Below are positions 25,106-37,499 of a stretch of 64,000 bases of DNA, piece after piece. Below the pieces are notes generated by a model. The model was not told the origin of the DNA, did no database searches, and worked only from the letters and a program-made list of their open reading frames with translations. This stretch comes from Leucoraja erinacea (lineage: Eukaryota). A program made the translations under genes and the position numbers. Numbering within the stretch: position 1 is the first letter of the stretch; each line of letters opens with the position of its first letter. The stretch covers positions 62,001-126,000 of the forward strand of contig NW_026576090.1 in NCBI RefSeq assembly GCF_028641065.1, in the 5' to 3' direction.

Positions 25106-26729
25106 CATGATTAATTTCTCAAACATTTGTTTTGTTCATTTCTGGATTTATTAACTGACCCAGAGGATGATGGGTTAGCTCCTTTGTAAATCATTAAAAA
25201 CAAAATTCCACACGAGATACAAATTAAGCCACAACCATGATTCACCACAAATGTCTGAGCTTCTGGATACATTTACAGAACATTTACTGCCATGTTTGAT
25301 CAGATTTCAACCCTGTATGAGATCACACGAGGTATTAAATCTATGTATGTGTCAATGTACCAATACAAGTTCAATAAATATGATGTGAAACAGGTTTTGT
25401 GTGCGTGTCCTTGACTGGTGTGTTTTGACAATAGACAATAGGTGCAGGAGTAGGCCATTCGACCCTTCGAGCCAGCACTGCCATTCAATGGCTGATCATC
25501 CCCAATCAGTACCCCGTTCCTGCCTTCTCCCCATATCCCCTGACTCCGCTATCGTTACGAGCCCTATCTAGCTCTCTCTTGAAAGTATCCAGAGAACTGG
25601 CCTCCACCGCCCTCTGAGGCAGAGAATTCCACAGACACACAACTCTCTGTGAGAAAAAGTGTTTCCTCGTCTCCGTTCTAAACGCTTACCCCTTATTCTT
25701 AAACTGTGTGCTGGACTCCCCCACCATCGGGAACATGTTTCCTGCCTCTAGCGTGTCCAAATCCTTAATGATCTTATATGTTTCAATAAGATGATGTTTT
25801 GTTCAACAAGATGATGTTTCAATAATGTTTTGGGCGGCAGTACATGAGTAGGTTGGGATGTGAGGTGTGCACATTCTAGCAGAAGCACATTCTGGGAGAA
25901 ATAGATGTTGCTGGATCAATGTGTCCAAAACCTTCCACCATTGGGTGTTCTCACACCCACGCCTGGACCAGTTGAAGACAGAGATTGGTTGTGGTCATTG
26001 GTCGTTAACTCCATTATCACTGTGCCATGCGACTGTCAGTGTGACACAAGGTGAACTGATTGGACCATGGTCTTTCCCAACCCAGCTGTGACAATGTACC
26101 TGATGCAAGCTCCCACATGGCAAACCAAATCTGGCCAGATCTCCTGCGTCAGGTAGTCCTTGCTTTCTCCCTCTTTCCCCGCCCCTCCCCAGCTCTCCCA
26201 CAGCCCACCTGTGTTTAGCTGTTTGGTTTCAGGATAAATATTAGCTCAGGACTCTGAGCAGAACTCTTGTGGTCATGTCGTGGCATTGCTGACATCTACC
26301 TGAGAAGCACCTCCTTAAAGCCTCATCCCAAAGACAGCAGCTTTCATGAGGTGACATTGCTCACCACTGAGCCACACATGACATCTGTGTCTAACAAGGG
26401 GGATGGATGTTTGAGGAGTCACTGTCCTCAGTGTGTGTGCACGGATGATGTTGAATAAAAGAGACAACTCATCATTGGTAACTCTTGTATTCCAATGTTA
26501 CAATTAAACATCTGCCTGTCGGTGCTTAAAGTAAATCTGTTCTTGAATCAGCTGCTACGTGCTTTCAAGCTTCTTGTATCTTCTGGAGAGGGGAGAAGAG
26601 ACAATGGCTGGGATGTGAGGGTTCCTCGATGATGTTGGCTGCTTTCCTGAGGCAGCGTGAAGTGTCGATGGTGAAAGGAGTAATGGTCTAGGGTGGGGGA
26701 TGCAATGCCCATTGTGTGGGCCGAGGGTT

Positions 26730-27255
26730 GTTTAGTTTATTGTCACGTAGACTGAGGCACAGAGAAAATGCTTTTTTGTTGCGTGCTAACGTCAGCGGAG
26801 AGACTATATAATTACAGTCAAGCCATCCACAGTATACAGGCACATGATAAAGGGAATAACGTTTTGTGCAAGGTAATGTCCGCTTAAACATAGTCTGAGG
26901 GTCTCCAGTGAGGTAGATAATAGTTCAGGAATGCGCTCTAGTTGGTGAGGGGATGGTCCAGTTGCTTGATAACAGCTGGGAAGAAACTGTCCCTGAATCT
27001 GGAGGTGTGCATTGTCACACTTCTATATCTTTTGCCTGATGGGAGAGGGGAGAAGAGGGAGTGGCCGGGGTGTGACTGGTCCTTGATGATGCTGCTGGCC
27101 TTGCCGAGGCAGCGTGAGGTGTAGATGGAGTCAGTGGAAGGGAAGTTAGTTTGTGTGATGATCTGGGCTGCGTCCACAATTCACTGCCATTTCTTGGATG
27201 GAGCTGTTCCCAAACCATGTGATGCATCCTGATAAAATGCTTTCTATGTTGCACT
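26730..27255 (-). mobile_element. Rex1/Babar LINE 3' fragment
   Basis: ORF 26938-27177 HPGHSLFSPLPSGKRYRS..RFRDSFFP. Confidence 0.75.
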
Positions 27256-27576
27256 AAAATTGAATACCAATAAAGAATTGAACAGCATGTAGTTTATTGT
27301 GTTAGTGTTATTGTATCTGTATAAGTGTTGTGGAGAATGTATTGTGTTTGATTAAAGAAGTTAGAGTGTGCGCATAATTCAAACTCTGTATAAATGCTGA
27401 GTGGAATTTCAGAGCAGCAGGTAAGTGGGACGGTGCTGCGCTCCTTGTGCACAAGTCAAGAGAGGTTGTTCCTCGTGCACACGTCAATAAAGTGAGTCTG
27501 GAAAATGAATGCAAGTCGTCAGAGTCCAGTTGATCGGTGATGACAACACCAGATCTTGTCCGGTTTGAAAGCTTCC

Positions 27577-27879
27577 TATTTCTCATCTTTCTCCAAAACC
27601 CCTCCACTGAAGAGATTTGGATCAACAAGACCGCTACTGTGGTGTGCGTGGTAATGGGTGCTGACCTGAGCCAGGTCCAAATCTACTGGCAAGTGAGCGG
27701 AAGGGAGAGGACAACAGGGGCTGTGACCCGCCAACCGAGAGGGGAAAGGACCCAAGACAGAGTGAGCAGTAAACTCCGGAGCAGTGTGGAGGAGTAGACC
27801 AGTGGGGTGGAGGTTGTGTGCTCTGCCCAGCGATCTCCATCATCCTCACCAGTGTCAGCACGGCCAGAAAGTACCAAAG
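27577..27879 (+). pseudogene. Duplicated CH3-like pseudo-exon (CH3')
   Basis: Collinear with CH3 (same 303-nt span, EEIWINKTATVVC..YWQVSG..). Conserved Trp changed TGG->TAG at 27795-27797; no AG acceptor at the homologous position; donor G|GTGGGC retained. Confidence 0.88.
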
Positions 27880-27926
27880 GTGGGCGAGAGATACGGCAAT
27901 GATACGGCCAACATTAGTTACCATGA

Positions 27927-28249
27927 AGGGCCTGTCCCACTTACGCAACTGTTTCAGCGACTGCCGGCGCCCGTCATAGGTCATTCTAGGTCGGCAAATA
28001 CTCCAGCGGTGACCAGAAAGACGCTACGACTCTTTGGGCGACTGAGGAGACGACTCATGACCATACAGGCGACACCCTGGCGACATGTCACGGGGTGAAC
28101 CCTGTATGGTCGTGAGTAGTCGCCCAAAGAGTCGTGCCTTGTTCTGGTCGCTGCTGGATTTTCAACATGTTGAAAATTTCGGCGACCTGTAACGACCGAT
28201 GATGGGTGCCGGCAATCGCCGATAAAGTCACGTAAGTGGGACAGGCCCT
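27927..28249. mobile_element. Harbinger-family MITE
   Basis: Perfect 19-bp TIR AGGGCCTGTCCCACTTACG, extending imperfectly to ~55 bp; TGA target-site duplication on both sides. Confidence 0.9.
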
Positions 28250-28291
28250 TGAGGAAGCGGGTCTCACATCTACTTTGCTCCTCTGTTCCAG

Positions 28292-28609
28292 TTGAAACAA
28301 AAAGACCCAAGGTCAGACTGCTGCCTCCAGCTCATCAAGAGACCAAGTGTAGCCACACAGCCATCCTCGAGTGTGTGCTCTCTGGTTTCTACCCGAACCT
28401 CATAAACGTCACTTGGGAGAGAGACGGAGCCCCGATCTCCTCCACCACCAGCGCTACACCGACTGCTCTGGAGCAAGGGGGGACTTTCAGTGCCAGCCAC
28501 TTCCTGACTGTGAGTTCAGAGGATTGGAAGAAAGGCTCAGTCTTCGGCTGTACAGTGTCTCATCCCCCCTCGAACACCAGTATCAGCCGGGAAGTGAAAA
28601 GCTTTCAAG
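28292..28609 (+). CDS. IgW: Duplicated CH4-like exon (CH4'), intact
   Basis: TTCCAG| VETKRPKVRLLPP..LECVLSGFYPNLINVTW..EDWKKGSVFGCTVSH..KSFQ-G|GTACGG. Same 318-nt length as CH4, ~69% amino-acid identity by manual alignment. Confidence 0.88.
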
Positions 28610-30626
28610 GTACGGTGCTGGGATTCACTCTAATGATCACATCTTTTGCCCCTCACAAAATAGGGCCAGGCAGGTATAACACTGAAGGACAGGTGTTGCA
28701 GTGTATGTGTGTGTGAGTGATAACCAAGAGGCCTAGACTAGGACACAATGCTATATATTTCTGTGCTTTCACAACTTCAGTTTCTTTCAAAACACCTCAG
28801 TGGCCAGGACACTGAGAAGACCAAGCCTGCTGTTCTTCAAAATTAGTGTCTCAGGGTCAGCCCACTCATTGTTGTCAGCCCTCTGTGTGTGGCATCTCAG
28901 ACTAGTTGTCTTGCTGCTAATTTGAAGAGTGGGGTCGAGTATTTGTATTTATACAATTGTTTGTCGACACAGGAAAAGAGGTCCATCAGAAAGTCCATTG
29001 TGTGGATAGAGCTGGGTACAAGCGTGTTGCCATTGGAGTGATCATGGAGTCATAGATTTATACAGTACGGCAACAGGCCCTTCAGCTCAGCTTGCCTTTG
29101 CCAACGAAGGTGCCCGATCTACACTAGTCCCATCTCCCCGTGTTTGGCCCAAATCACTAATCATCTCATGTTCATAAGTGAGAGATGCAGATTTAAGCCA
29201 TTCGGCCCATCAAGTCTACTCCGCCATTGAATCATGGCTGATTTATCTCTCCTTCCTAACCCCATTCTCCCCTTGACACCAATTCTCCGTCAGGGTTTGG
29301 CGTCGGTGTTCCATCAGCCCGGCGTGAGAGCCTGAGCATCGGGCCTCCCGTGGCGGCGACTGCGGGTGCTCGGGTGGCCCCGGCCATGGGTGAACATCTG
29401 GGAAGATCGGAGGGGCGGCTGGCTGGACTATGGTACCTTCCTCAACTTTGGTGCCACTGTGTTGTGTTGTGGTTATGTTGTGCGTGGACTTCTGTGTTTG
29501 TGCTTTTTAAAAATTTAATATGTTTTATTTATTTATTAACTGTTTTATGATACTTGATTGTAAGGAAAATTCATTTTGTTGTCTCTAATATGAGATAATG
29601 ACAATAAATTGAATACAGTACAATACTAATCAAGAATCTATTTATCACTGCTATAAAAATACCGAATGAGTGGGCCTTCTGTGGCAATGAATTCCTCAGA
29701 TTCACTACCCTGTGACTAAAGAAATTCCTCCTCATCTTCCTAAAGGGACATCTTTTACTTATGAGGCTATGGCCCTAGAATCTCCCATGAGTGGAATCAT
29801 CCTCTCTACATCTGCTCTATCCAGGCCTTTCACTATTGGTCCTATCCATGTACCTGTCCAAATAATAATCGTTTCCTCCCGCAGCACATTCCATGTACCC
29901 AGTGCCCTCTGTGTGAAAACGTTGCCCCTCAGATTCCCATTAAATCTGTCCCCCCTCACCTTAAACCAATGTCCTCTGGTTCTTGATTGCCCTACTCTGG
30001 GTGAAGGAGCCTGGTAGTACATCTGTGTGTCTAACCATCTCCTGCACTCTGTCAAATGTGGTTATCTCCTCTTGTGATATTGTGCCGATAGTAACAAGAC
30101 CATGTTGTAGTTAGTTGAGCAGTTGCTACTCTTGAGGAAAGGGAATGTCTCTCCAGAAAGTCACTGCTATTCAGTGTCTTGTGTAGACTGGTGTTCCACG
30201 GTTCACATCGGCACACATTACTCAGCCAGGGAGAGAATGTCAACTAAGAATGAAAATGGATTCCAGACCAAATCCATATCAAACATAACTTTTTGGTTAA
30301 ACATAACTGGTTGCATCGTGGCTTAGTTCGGCAACTTGAACGTCTGGGAGCAGAAAATAATGCAGAAAGTTGTGACCACATCGGCTCTGACCTCCTCATC
30401 ATCAAAGGGATCTAACGCAGTCGCTGCCTCAAAAAGGCTGCCAACTTCATGAAAGACCCACACCATCCTGGCCACACACTCATCTCTCCGTTGCCATCGG
30501 GAAGAAGATACAGGAGCTTGAAATCTGGAACATCCAGGCTCAGGAACAGCTACTTCCCCACAGCCATCAGGCCATCAAACAAACTCTGAACAATAAATTG
30601 CACTTTATCTGTTTATTTATTGTGTA

Positions 30627-31600
30627 TCTATATTACTAAAAGTCTGATCTTGACCACTTCTTGTTGTTCTGTATATTGATTTTAGAAATAAAACACTGCC
30701 ACTTAACAGCTGTGATGTTTGGCCATCTTACTCAGAATCCCCTTCCCCTGCGCAGGACAAGAGGTTTTTTCCCCATTGATAAAAAATAAAAGAGTTATTA
30801 GTGTTTAGAAAAATGTTGAGATTCTCCCTCCTGAAGGCCACACCCCTTCGGAGGGACTATAAAACCCGGAAGTGTTGAGTGCCTCAGTCAGTCTCTGCAA
30901 GATGGGGGAGCGAGGGGGTCACGTCTCTCAGTCTGAGCTGTGAATAACACTGAACACATGTCTACTAAACTGTGGTTTTACTGACCTGTCAGGGCCCTTA
31001 ATGTGGTTTGAAAATATAGTTTGGAAATGCTAAAGCTGTGTTGCCTTTGGTTTGGAAATGCAAAAGCTGTGTTGCCTTCGGTTTGGAAATAATTAATTAA
31101 AGTTGCCTTGCCTAAGTTGCCTTGCCTAATTAAAGTTGCCTTGCCTAATTAAAGTTGCCTTGCCTAATTAAAGTTGCCTTGCCTTCTACATAATTAAAAG
31201 TCTAATCTTGACCACTTCCTGTTTGCGCTTTATATTGATTTTAGAAAAAACGCTACCGCGTACGGCTGCGTACGGCTGCGATTTTTGGTCATCTTACTCA
31301 GCGTCTCCCTCCGCTCATCAGGTGCCGAGGATTTTTCCCATCGATGAAAAAAGAAGAGTTATTAGTGTTTAAAAAATGTTGAGATTCTCTCTCTTGTCAA
31401 TCACGCCATGAAGGCAATGACCCTTCTGGTGGGTAGGGAGCGGGACTATAAAACCCAGAAGTGTGGGCGTGGCTCAGTCTCTGCAAGATGGAGGAGGGAG
31501 AGGTCACGACTCGCTGTCTTTAGTGGCCTTGCACCTTGCTTGAAATGGTATGAAACTGCACTTGAATTTGGTGGCATTGCACCCTGGTTGAAGTGGTAAG
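30627..31600 (+). mobile_element. Putative non-autonomous Helitron-like element with internal duplication and minisatellite
   Basis: Starts TCTATATTACTAAAAG. A ~290-bp unit is repeated at ~30638 and ~31196. (CTAATTAAAGTTGCCTTGC)n at ~31090-31185. Confidence 0.45.
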
Positions 31601-31601
31601 A

Positions 31602-32090
31602 ATTTGGTCCCCTAATTTGAGGAAGGACATTCTTGCTATTTGAGGGATTGCTGCCTAGGTTTACAAGGTTAATTCCCGGGATGGCGGGACTGTCATATGC
31701 TGAGAGAATGGAGCAGCTGGTCTTGTACACTCTGGAGTTTAGAAGGATGAGAGGGCATCTCATTGAAACATATGATTGTTAAGGGCTTGGACACGCTAGA
31801 GGCAGGAAACATGTTCTCGATGTTGGGGGAGTTCAGAACCAGGGGCCACAGTTTAAGAATAAGGCGTTTAGAACGGAGATGAGGAAACACGTTTTCTCGC
31901 AGAAAGTGGTGAGTCTGTGGAATTCTCTGCCTCAGAGGGCGGTGGAGGCAGGTTCTTTGGATGCTTTCAAGAGAGAGCTAGATAGGTCTCTTAAAAATAG
32001 CGGAGTCAAGGGATATGGGGAGAAGGCAGGAACGGGGTACTGATTGGGGATGATCAGCCATGATCACATTGAATGGCGGTGCTGACTCAA
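31602..32090 (+). mobile_element. CR1 LINE 3' fragment
   Basis: LIPGMAGLSY..RGHLIET and the CR1 3' UTR GATGATCAGCCATGATCACATTGAATGGCGG. Confidence 0.85.
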
Positions 32091-33184
32091 GAATGTCCTT
32101 CCTCAAATTAGGGGACTAAACGTGCACACAATACTCCAGGTGTGGTCTCACGAGGGCCCTATACAACTGCAGAAGGACCTCTTTGCTCCTATACTCAACT
32201 CCTCTTGTTAAGAAGGCCAACATGCCATTCACTTTCTTCACTGCCTGCTGTACCTTCATGCTTACTTTCATGATGCTGAATAGGTTGTAATTTAGAAGGC
32301 TAAAGGAAGATTTGTTTGATGTTTTCACAAAGTTAATGGGAGCTAACAGAATAGATTATCCTGGGATGATCTATTTATACATCTCTGCATTCAGGCACAG
32401 TGTCTTCCCAGCTGTTATCAGGCAACTGAATCATCCTACCACAACCAGAGAGTGGTCCTGAACTACTATCTACCTCACTGGAGACCCTCGGACTATCTTT
32501 GATCGGACTTTATTGGTTTTACCTTGCACTAAACGTTATTCCCGTATCATGTATGTATACACTGTAAATGACTTATTTGTAATCATGTTTTGTCTTTCCA
32601 CTGACTGGTTAGCACGCAACAAAAGCTTTTCACGTGTCAATAAACTAAACTAACTAGATAGGAGGAATTATTTTTTACTTGTGTACAGTGTTCCCTGGGT
32701 TACAAATGATCTCCCTGATTTATGGAAATCCAACTTTATACCGAGTTCAGGGTCTAAAAGTTAAAGGCAGCCATGCAGCACGGAAGAGGGTCATGGCTTC
32801 TGAGGAAGGGTCTTGACCCAAAACCTCACCCATTCCTTCTCTCCAGAGATGCTGCCTGCCCTGCTGAGTTACTGCAGCTTTTTGTGTTTATCAGAGGCTG
32901 ATGGAAGTTTGGAATTACCTTCCACAGTTGGCATTTGGTTCCAGGTCTGAAGATGATTTTAAATCTGAGATTGCAGAGTTTGACTATACGAGATGTTAAT
33001 GGATGTGGGGAAAAGTCAGCTCAGTGGAGCTGGTGATAGATCTCCACATATCATTGAACGGTGGAACTGACCCGAACCTCCTGTCTTCCTGTCCTCCTGT
33101 TGTCTTCATTTTATTCACACGTTGTTGATCTTCACAAAACATCGGCGGCAAACTAACTGTCTCACCTTCTCATTTGTCCTGAAG

Positions 33185-33324
33185 CTGGCACAGACTTGAC
33201 AGGAGAAGAAGGGAAGGAGGAACTGGGGGACTTGGATGAAGATGAAAATGTGTTCGCAGTTGCTGTCTTCGCCACTCTGTTCATTATCAGTTTCCTCTAC
33301 AGTACCTTCGTCACCGTTGTCAAG
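33185..33324 (+). CDS. IgW: IgW TM1 exon
   Basis: CCTGAAG| AGTDLTGEEGKEELGDLDEDENVFAVAVFATLFIISFLYSTFVTVVK|GTAACG. Acidic spacer followed by the antigen-receptor TM motif (LF..S..YST..T..K). Confidence 0.95.
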
Positions 33325-33382
33325 GTAACGATGACCAACGATAGAGATACTTTGTGACCCCCCACCCCCACACTGTGAGTTA

Positions 33383-35665
33383 GTTAGAGGTTGGTAGATA
33401 TGACATGGTCGGGATGACTGAGACGTGGCTGCAGGAGGATCGGGCCTGGGAACAATATTCAGGGTTATACATCCCATAGAAAGGACAGGCAGGTGGGCAG
33501 AGGAGGGGGGGGGGGGGGGCTCTGCGGGGTGAGGGATGGAATTCAGTCCCTTGCAAGGGAAGACATAGGGACTGAAGAGGCAGAGTCACTGTGGATTGAG
33601 TTGAGGAATTGTAAAGGCAAGAAGACACTAATTGGTGTTATCTACAGACCCAAATAGTAGCCCGGATGTAGGGTGTAAGTTACAGCAGGAGTTAAAACTG
33701 GCATGTAACAAAGGTAATGCCACTGTGGTGATGGGGGATTTCAATATGCAGGTAGACTGGGAAAATCAGGTTGGTTCAGGACCCCAAGGAAGAGAGTTTG
33801 TAGAATGCCTCCGAGATGGATCCTTAGAGCAGCTTGTAATGGAGCCGACCAGAGAAAAGGCAATTCTGGATTTAGTGTTGTCCAATGAACCAGAGATGAT
33901 AAGAGAACTAAAGGTAAAGGAACCGCTTGGAGGTAGTGATCATAATATGATTAGATCTGCAATTTGATAAGGAGAAGGTTAAATCGGAAGTGTCAGTGAT
34001 GCAGTTGAACAAAGGGGACTGTGAAGGCATGAGAGAGGAGCTGGCCAAGGTAGACTGGAAAGGGATCCTAGCAGGAATGACGGTGGAACAGCAATGGCAG
34101 GAATTTCTGGGCATAATCCGGAAGACGCAGGATCATTTCATTCCAAAAAGGAAGAAAGATTCTAAGGGGAGTAGGAGGCAACCGTGGCTGACAAGAGAAG
34201 TTAGGGATAGAATAAAACTAAAAGAAAAGATGTATAACACAGCAAAGAGTAGCCGGAAGCCAGAGGATTCGGAAACTTTCATAGGACAACAGAAGGAAAC
34301 GAACACAATCTCCCAGATGTACTGGAGGACTGAGGATCTAAGGGGGTAGAGGAACTGAAATAAATTTTCATTAGGTGAGAAATAGTATTGGGTAGGCTAA
34401 TGGGACTGAAGGATGATAAATCCCCTGGGCCTGATGGACTGCATCCCAGGGTCCTCAGGGAGGTGGCTCTAGAAATATTGGATGCATTGGTGATCATTTT
34501 CCAATGTTCAATAGATTCAGGATCAGTTCCTGTGGATTTGGAGGATAGCTAATGTTATCCCACTTTTCAAGAAAGGAGTGTGAGAGAAAACGGGGAATTA
34601 CAGACCAGTTAGCTTGACTTGGGTGGTGAGAAAGATGCTGGAGTCAATTATTAAAGAGGTAATAATGGGGCATTCCAATAGCAGTAAAAGCATTACCATA
34701 TATATTAATGATTTGGAAGAGGGAATTAAGAACAACACTAGCAAGTTTGCGGATGACACAAAGCTGGGTGGCAGTGTGAACTGTGAAGAGGATGTTAGGA
34801 GGTTACAGTGTAACCTAGACAGGTTGAGTGAGTGGGCAGATGTGTGGCAGATGCAGTATAATATAGATAAATGTGAGGTTATCTGCTTTGGTGGCAAAAA
34901 CAAGGGGGCAGATTATTATCTCAATGGGGTTAGGTTAGGTAACGGGGAAGTACAGCGAGACCTGGGTGTCCTTGTACACCGGTCACTGAAAGTTGGCGTG
35001 CAGGTACAGCAGGCAGTGAAGAAAGCTAATGGAATGTTGGTCTTCATAACAAGAGGATATCAGTATATGAGTAAAGAGGTTCTTCTGCAGTTGTATAGGG
35101 CTCTGGTGAGACCATATCTGTACAGTTTTGGTCTCCTAATTTGAGGAAGGACATCCTTGTGATTGAGGCAGTGCTGCATAGGTTCACGAGATTGATCCCT
35201 GGGATGGCGGGACTATCATATGAGGAAAGATTGAAAAGACTAGGCTTGTATTCACTGGAGTTTAGAAGGATGAGGGGGATCTTATAGAAACAAATAAAAT
35301 TATAACAGGACTGGACAAGCTAGATGCAGGAAAAATGTTCCTTATGTTGGGCGAGTCCAGAACCAGGGGCTACAGTCTTAGAATAAAGGGGAGGCCATTT
35401 AAGACTGAGGTGATAAAATACTTTTTCACCCAGAGAGTTGTGAATTTGTGGAATGCCCTGCCACAGAGGGCAGTGGAGGCCAAGTCACTGGATGGATTTA
35501 AGAGAGAGTTAGATAGAGCTCTAGGGGCTAGTGGAATCAAGGGATATGGGGAGAAGGCAGGCACGGGTTATTGATTGGGGATGATCAGCCATGATTACAA
35601 TGAATAGCGGTGCCGGCTCGAAGGGCCGAACGGCCTCCTCCTGCACCTACTTTCTATGTTTCTAT
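33383..35665 (+). mobile_element. Internally deleted CR1 LINE in the TM1-TM2 intron
   Basis: APE motifs (ETWL, VMGDFN, LDLV, SDHN), RT motifs (KFADDTKL, QRDLGV) and the 3' tail. Confidence 0.9.
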
Positions 35666-35827
35666 GGGACCCTTCAGATCCCCCTGGTCTTTGAACCTTT
35701 CCTCTTTACTCCTGTCCTCTGGGCCTTGATACAGCAAACATTCATAGAACGTTGGGTATTTGGGGCAATGACCCTGGGCTCAAACAAGGAAATCAAACAA
35801 ACGTTGTATTCATGTCAAATGTTGTGC

Positions 35828-36143
35828 GGCACGGTGGCGCAGCGATAGAGCTGCTGCCTTACAGCACCAGAGACCCGGGTTCCATCCAAGTCAAGTCACA
35901 GACGGGTGCTGTCTGTACGGAGTTTGTACGTTCTCCCCGTGACCTGCGTGGGTTTTCTCCGACATCTTCGGTTTCCTCCCAAACTCCAAAGATGTACAGG
36001 TTTGTAGGTTAATTGGCTTGATGTAAATGTAAAAAATTGTCCCTAGTGTGTGTAGGGTAGTGTTAATGTGCGGGGATTGCTGGTTGGCACAGTCTCGATG
36101 GGCTGAAGGGCCTGTTTCCATGCTCTATCACTAAACTACAACT
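35828..36143 (+). mobile_element. tRNA-derived SINE
   Basis: GGCACGGTGGCGCAGCG (A box)..GACCCGGGTTCC (B box)..GAAGGGCCTGTTTCC..CTAAACTA tail. Confidence 0.8.
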
Positions 36144-36457
36144 AACAGGGTACTCTGTATCTGAAACCTGAGCCCAAGTATAGAACCTCTCTTCAGCCCA
36201 CAACTGGTATTCAGACTGTTGAGTTGACCTGGGCCACTAATGAAAGACCACCTGTCCATGAGGGTCCATCTCCCACACTCATGCACAGACTACCAACCCT
36301 CGAGGGTCCTAGAAAAGGTGCAGACCCCTTGTCCATGAGGGTCCATCTCCGAGGTTCAGGACAGACTGTCTGTGATTTAGTTTGCCTGTCCCTGCAGATC
36401 ACCATCTGTGCTGCACCTTGCCACACACAATATCTAACTTTCTTGTGTATATTACAG

Positions 36458-36469
36458 GTGCAGCAATGA
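36458..36469 (+). CDS. IgW: IgW TM2 exon (cytoplasmic tail VQQ*)
   Basis: TTTCTTGTGTATATTACAG|GTG CAG CAA TGA gives a KVQQ tail. AATAAA at 37046-37051. Confidence 0.75.
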   Translation: MQQ

Positions 36470-37499
36470 CCAGTCGACACACACGCCACATTAACTCAAG
36501 AGATCGCCATGCAGCTGTTGACGTTGACAAATGGAGTCTCCCTGTCTTTCACTCACTCACTCGGCAAGATGAGGCTACTGCACTGCAAACGCTAATTACA
36601 GGAGATAAACTTGGAAATGCACTGGGGATGCTGGGGAAGAAACTGGTTGGGACTGAGGGGGGTGAGGCTAGTGGGGGGGGGGGGGGGAGGATAGGACATG
36701 ACAGGGGGAAATTGTCTGGGTATGAGACACTTGATGGGGTGGCATGCAGCAGGGGGAGAGGAAGGCAGGATTAATGTTTGGGAAAGGGGAGCAGGGGATG
36801 GGAATGTGATGAGTGAAGGAGAAGAGGGCAGTGTGGGAGGGGGAGGGATGCGCTGATATTGTGGAGCAAGAAGGGGGCATGGAGAGGGGAAAAGAAACAG
36901 GAAGCAATGTGGTGGAGGAGGGGCCGATACTTGGGGACTTGCTCAATCAGATTTTGTAAAGCAGATGTTGTTTAACTCATTGTCTGCAGCTTATTTTTTA
37001 ATTTTTCTGCTGAACTGCATGTTTTCATATGAAATTAGATACATAAATAAAAGAAAATAACAAGAACATGAAATGTTTGTAGTTGACCATCACTTTACTC
37101 ATCACTTTAGGAACTTCAGCTGAGGATGTTGCCAGGACTTTACGAGGATGTTGCCAGGACTCGAGGGTGTGAGCTACAGGGAGAGGTTGAGTAGACTGGG
37201 TCTCTATTCTTTGCAGCTTAGGAGGATGAGGGGCGACCTTATAGAGGTGTACAAAATCATGAGAGGAATAGATCGGCTAGATGCACAGAGTCTTTTACCC
37301 AGAGTAGGGGAATCGGGGACCAGTGGACATGGGTTCAAGGTGAAATGGAAAAGATTTAAAAGGAATCCGAGGGGTAGCTTTTTCACACAGAGGGTTGTGG
37401 GTGTATGGAACAAACTGCCAGAGGAGGTAGTCCATTGTTTAAGAAACGGTTGGACAGGTACATGGATAGGACAGGTTTGGAGTGATATCGACCAAGAGC

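Noticed and set aside
31090-31190. CRISPR-like short repeat array
   Set aside because: Eukaryotic DNA, head-to-tail repeats with no unique spacers; a minisatellite inside a TE.
35828-35900. tRNA gene
   Set aside because: The A/B boxes belong to a tRNA-derived SINE head; no full cloverleaf, and multiple dispersed copies.
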